DNA of 64,000 nt from NCBI GenBank assembly GCA_045567915.1, contig JBJLCA010000039.1, positions 1,879 to 65,878 on the forward strand, read 5' to 3'. The position numbers and the translations under genes were made by a program. This DNA comes from Candidatus Poseidoniales archaeon (GTDB lineage Archaea; Thermoplasmatota; Poseidoniia; MGIII; CG-Epi1). The notes below the pieces were generated by a model that searched no databases, was not told the DNA's origin, and saw only the letters and a list, made by a program, of their open reading frames with translations. Shown here piece by piece: positions 62,193-64,000 of this stretch; the stretch's first letter is position 1; every line of letters starts with the position of its first letter.

Positions 62193-62586
62193 TATTTTTT
62201 CCGTCGATATACTTTATTATATCTTTTGTGGATGAACCAGGGCCAAATATTGCTTCAATACCCATATCATTCCATTTTGGTATCTCTTCATCAGGAATTA
62301 TGCCTCCAGCAATAATTTTAATGTCTTCAGCGTCTCTTTCCTTTAATAAGTCAATAACTCTTGGGAAAATGTGCGTGTGCGCACCCGAGAGTATACTCAG
62401 CCCAATGAAGTGTACGTCTTCTTGAATAGCAGCTTCTACAATATCTTCAGGTGTTTGCCTTAAGCCAGTGTAGATTACTTCCATGCCTGAATCTCTTAGT
62501 GCCCTTGCAATCACTTTAGCGCCGCGATCATGCCCATCCAGGCCAGGTTTTGCAATTAAAACTCGAATCTTTCCTTTTGAGGCCAT
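62185..62586 (-). CDS. Methylmalonyl-CoA mutase, cobalamin-binding small subunit
   Basis: [14 protein letters not shown] (DxHxxG), [14 protein letters not shown]. Confidence 0.95.
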   Translation of the reverse strand: MASKGKIRVLIAKPGLDGHDRGAKVIARALRDSGMEVIYTGLRQTPEDIVEAAIQEDVHFIGLSILSGAHTHIFPRVIDLLKERDAEDIKIIAGGIIPDEEIPKWNDMGIEAIFGPGSSTKDIIKYIDGKNIE

Positions 62587-62617
62587 ATTTCATTCCACAT
62601 ATACATCTATATAACTA

Positions 62618-63232
62618 TTAACTTTTCTTACCTTTGACCCCTAATTCAGCACTTCTTTTTTTGGTCTTCTTAAATTCATTTTTTAAATCAGCTAATTTGT
62701 CCTTTACATCTTTGCTTTTTGAAGGTTGGTTTTCAGTTACAGCCATAATTGCCTTCGGAGAAACATTCTCTTTTTCAAAAGTTTCGCTTTCTTTAGCTAT
62801 AGCAATCATTTCTTTACTGTCATTTTCATCTTCCTGCTCCTCTCTATCCCATTCTTCTTCATTAATTTGAACCTCGCTTTTTAACTCTGTAGAATTTCTA
62901 ACACCAATAAAAAATGAACCCCAAATTAGTGCAGCTACTATTGCTAAAATTATGGGTTCAGCTATTCCAATTTTAAGAGATGGTCCTAAAGATAGTGATA
63001 AGATTAGATAGAGACTGAATACTAAACCGAGACTACACCCACCTCCCACAGTTATGATAAATGTTGAATGCCAATCTTTAGGTAATTCATTTGCTCCAGA
63101 TCTCCCAGCTAAAAATGGGATTATTATTAGTGAAAGAGGTACCCCTATGGGTAAAAAAAATAAAAATATTAATCCAAAGCCCATTGTTTTGACAGCAGAG
63201 TTTCGGGCTGAGTAGTAGTTTTCTAGAGTCAT
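62618..63232 (-). CDS. Hypothetical membrane protein with charged C-terminal tail
   Basis: Start corrected to ATG 63232 (the longer ORF runs through tRNA-Phe); 3-4 TM segments. Confidence 0.7.
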   Translation of the reverse strand: MTLENYYSARNSAVKTMGFGLIFLFFLPIGVPLSLIIIPFLAGRSGANELPKDWHSTFIITVGGGCSLGLVFSLYLILSLSLGPSLKIGIAEPIILAIVAALIWGSFFIGVRNSTELKSEVQINEEEWDREEQEDENDSKEMIAIAKESETFEKENVSPKAIMAVTENQPSKSKDVKDKLADLKNEFKKTKKRSAELGVKGKKS

Positions 63233-63246
63233 ATGGCGAATCAGGT

Positions 63247-63322
63247 TGGTGCCGCCGGCCGGGATCGAACCGGCGACCTCGGGATCTTCAGTCCCGCGCT
63301 CTCCCAACTGAGCTACAGCGGC
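63247..63322 (-). tRNA. tRNA-Phe(GAA)
   Basis: 76 nt; anticodon arm CGGGA-CT-GAA-GA-TCCCG; GGTTCGATCC; encoded CCA. Confidence 0.97.
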
Positions 63323-63414
63323 TGAGTGTTTCATTAAGAGCCCCCATAAATGCTTCACCGTAGTAGAATAAGCTTTTATTCACCCTCTTTACACTATACA
63401 TGTGGTGATAAGTT

Positions 63415-63561
63415 TTGCCTAAATTTACCGGAAAAGAATCTGCATTTGAAGGAAACTGCTATTTTTGTGAGAAAGTTCTAGTTGTTCCGACAGGGCCCGG
63501 TTGGAATTCCACTAGGATTATTTGTCGGGACTGTTCAAAGAGCCAAGAAGAGAAAAAATGA
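63415..63561 (+). CDS. 48-aa CxxC/CxxC zinc-finger microprotein (not in ORF track)
   Basis: GGTGA SD 6 nt before TTG; MPKFTGKESAFEGNCYFCEKVLVVPTGPGWNSTRIICRDCSKSQEEKK; ATGA overlap with the next gene. Confidence 0.72.
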   Translation: MPKFTGKESAFEGNCYFCEKVLVVPTGPGWNSTRIICRDCSKSQEEKK

Positions 63562-63992
63562 TGAAGAGAGATTGCCCACATTGTTTTGAACGTCTTGAAA
63601 AAAAGAGTTTTAAGAAAGGATTATGGTCAGTTGAAACAGATGTATGCTCCTCTTGTAACGGTTTGTACCTCGACAAGGGTGAATTGCTTAAGCTGACCTC
63701 AAACAGACCTTTACACAACATAACTACAAAATATTTAGGTGTTGATTCAGATTCAAGTTTACTTTGTCCAGGCTGTGGATCTATAATGGACATGGAATCA
63801 GTTGGTGGTGTTGAAATTGACGTTTGTCTCCAGTGCAATGGAGTATGGTTAGATTCCGATGAGTTAGAGCAATTAAAAGAGTTGGATTCAGATGATATAG
63901 AAAAGTTGTCTCCTGAAAAGTTGGCTGAATTATACGATGCTAACAAGGCAGTTCCAACCTCAGGAATATTAAGCTGGTTATTCGGGAGATAG
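63558..63992 (+). CDS. Tandem zf-TFIIB-type zinc ribbon protein
   Basis: CPHC...DVCSSCNGLYLDKGEL and CPGC...DVCLQCNGVWLDSDEL; start ATG 63558 or 63561. Confidence 0.88.
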   Translation: MMKRDCPHCFERLEKKSFKKGLWSVETDVCSSCNGLYLDKGELLKLTSNRPLHNITTKYLGVDSDSSLLCPGCGSIMDMESVGGVEIDVCLQCNGVWLDSDELEQLKELDSDDIEKLSPEKLAELYDANKAVPTSGILSWLFGR

Positions 63993-64000
63993 TTTGCATA

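Noticed and set aside
63233..63358. N-terminal 42 codons of the 246-aa ORF
   Set aside because: Runs through tRNA-Phe; ATG 63232 is the plausible start

Overview
AT-rich, very densely coded archaeal chromosome segment. The gene content and protein style point to marine Thermoplasmatota (Marine Group II/III-like); this is inference and no taxonomic marker was computed. Most of the window is housekeeping: ribosomal proteins, rpoD/rpoE1/spt4, class I LysRS, SRP19, carS, uppS, PAN, Cdc48, a complete A1Ao ATP synthase operon, a K+-dependent membrane pyrophosphatase, a five-gene beta-oxidation operon with a divergent TrmB-family regulator, and four intron-less tRNAs with encoded CCA. No mobile element, CRISPR array or rRNA was seen. 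The most unusual items are: (1) a doubly membrane-anchored PEF-CTERM surface protein whose N-terminal tail carries 18 perfect GLTNGN repeats with only synonymous DNA variation; (2) a tandem DUF3068-like surface protein split by a +1 frameshift at CTT-T; (3) apparent loss of metal-binding cysteines in LysRS, RpoD and probably an FtcD insertion; (4) three small genes missing from the ORF track: a membrane microprotein coupled to atpD, S27ae with eukaryote-like Cys spacing, and a CxxC/CxxC microprotein; (5) a structured leader upstream of a CNNM/CorB metal transporter. All family calls are from motif recognition by eye; no database search was run.
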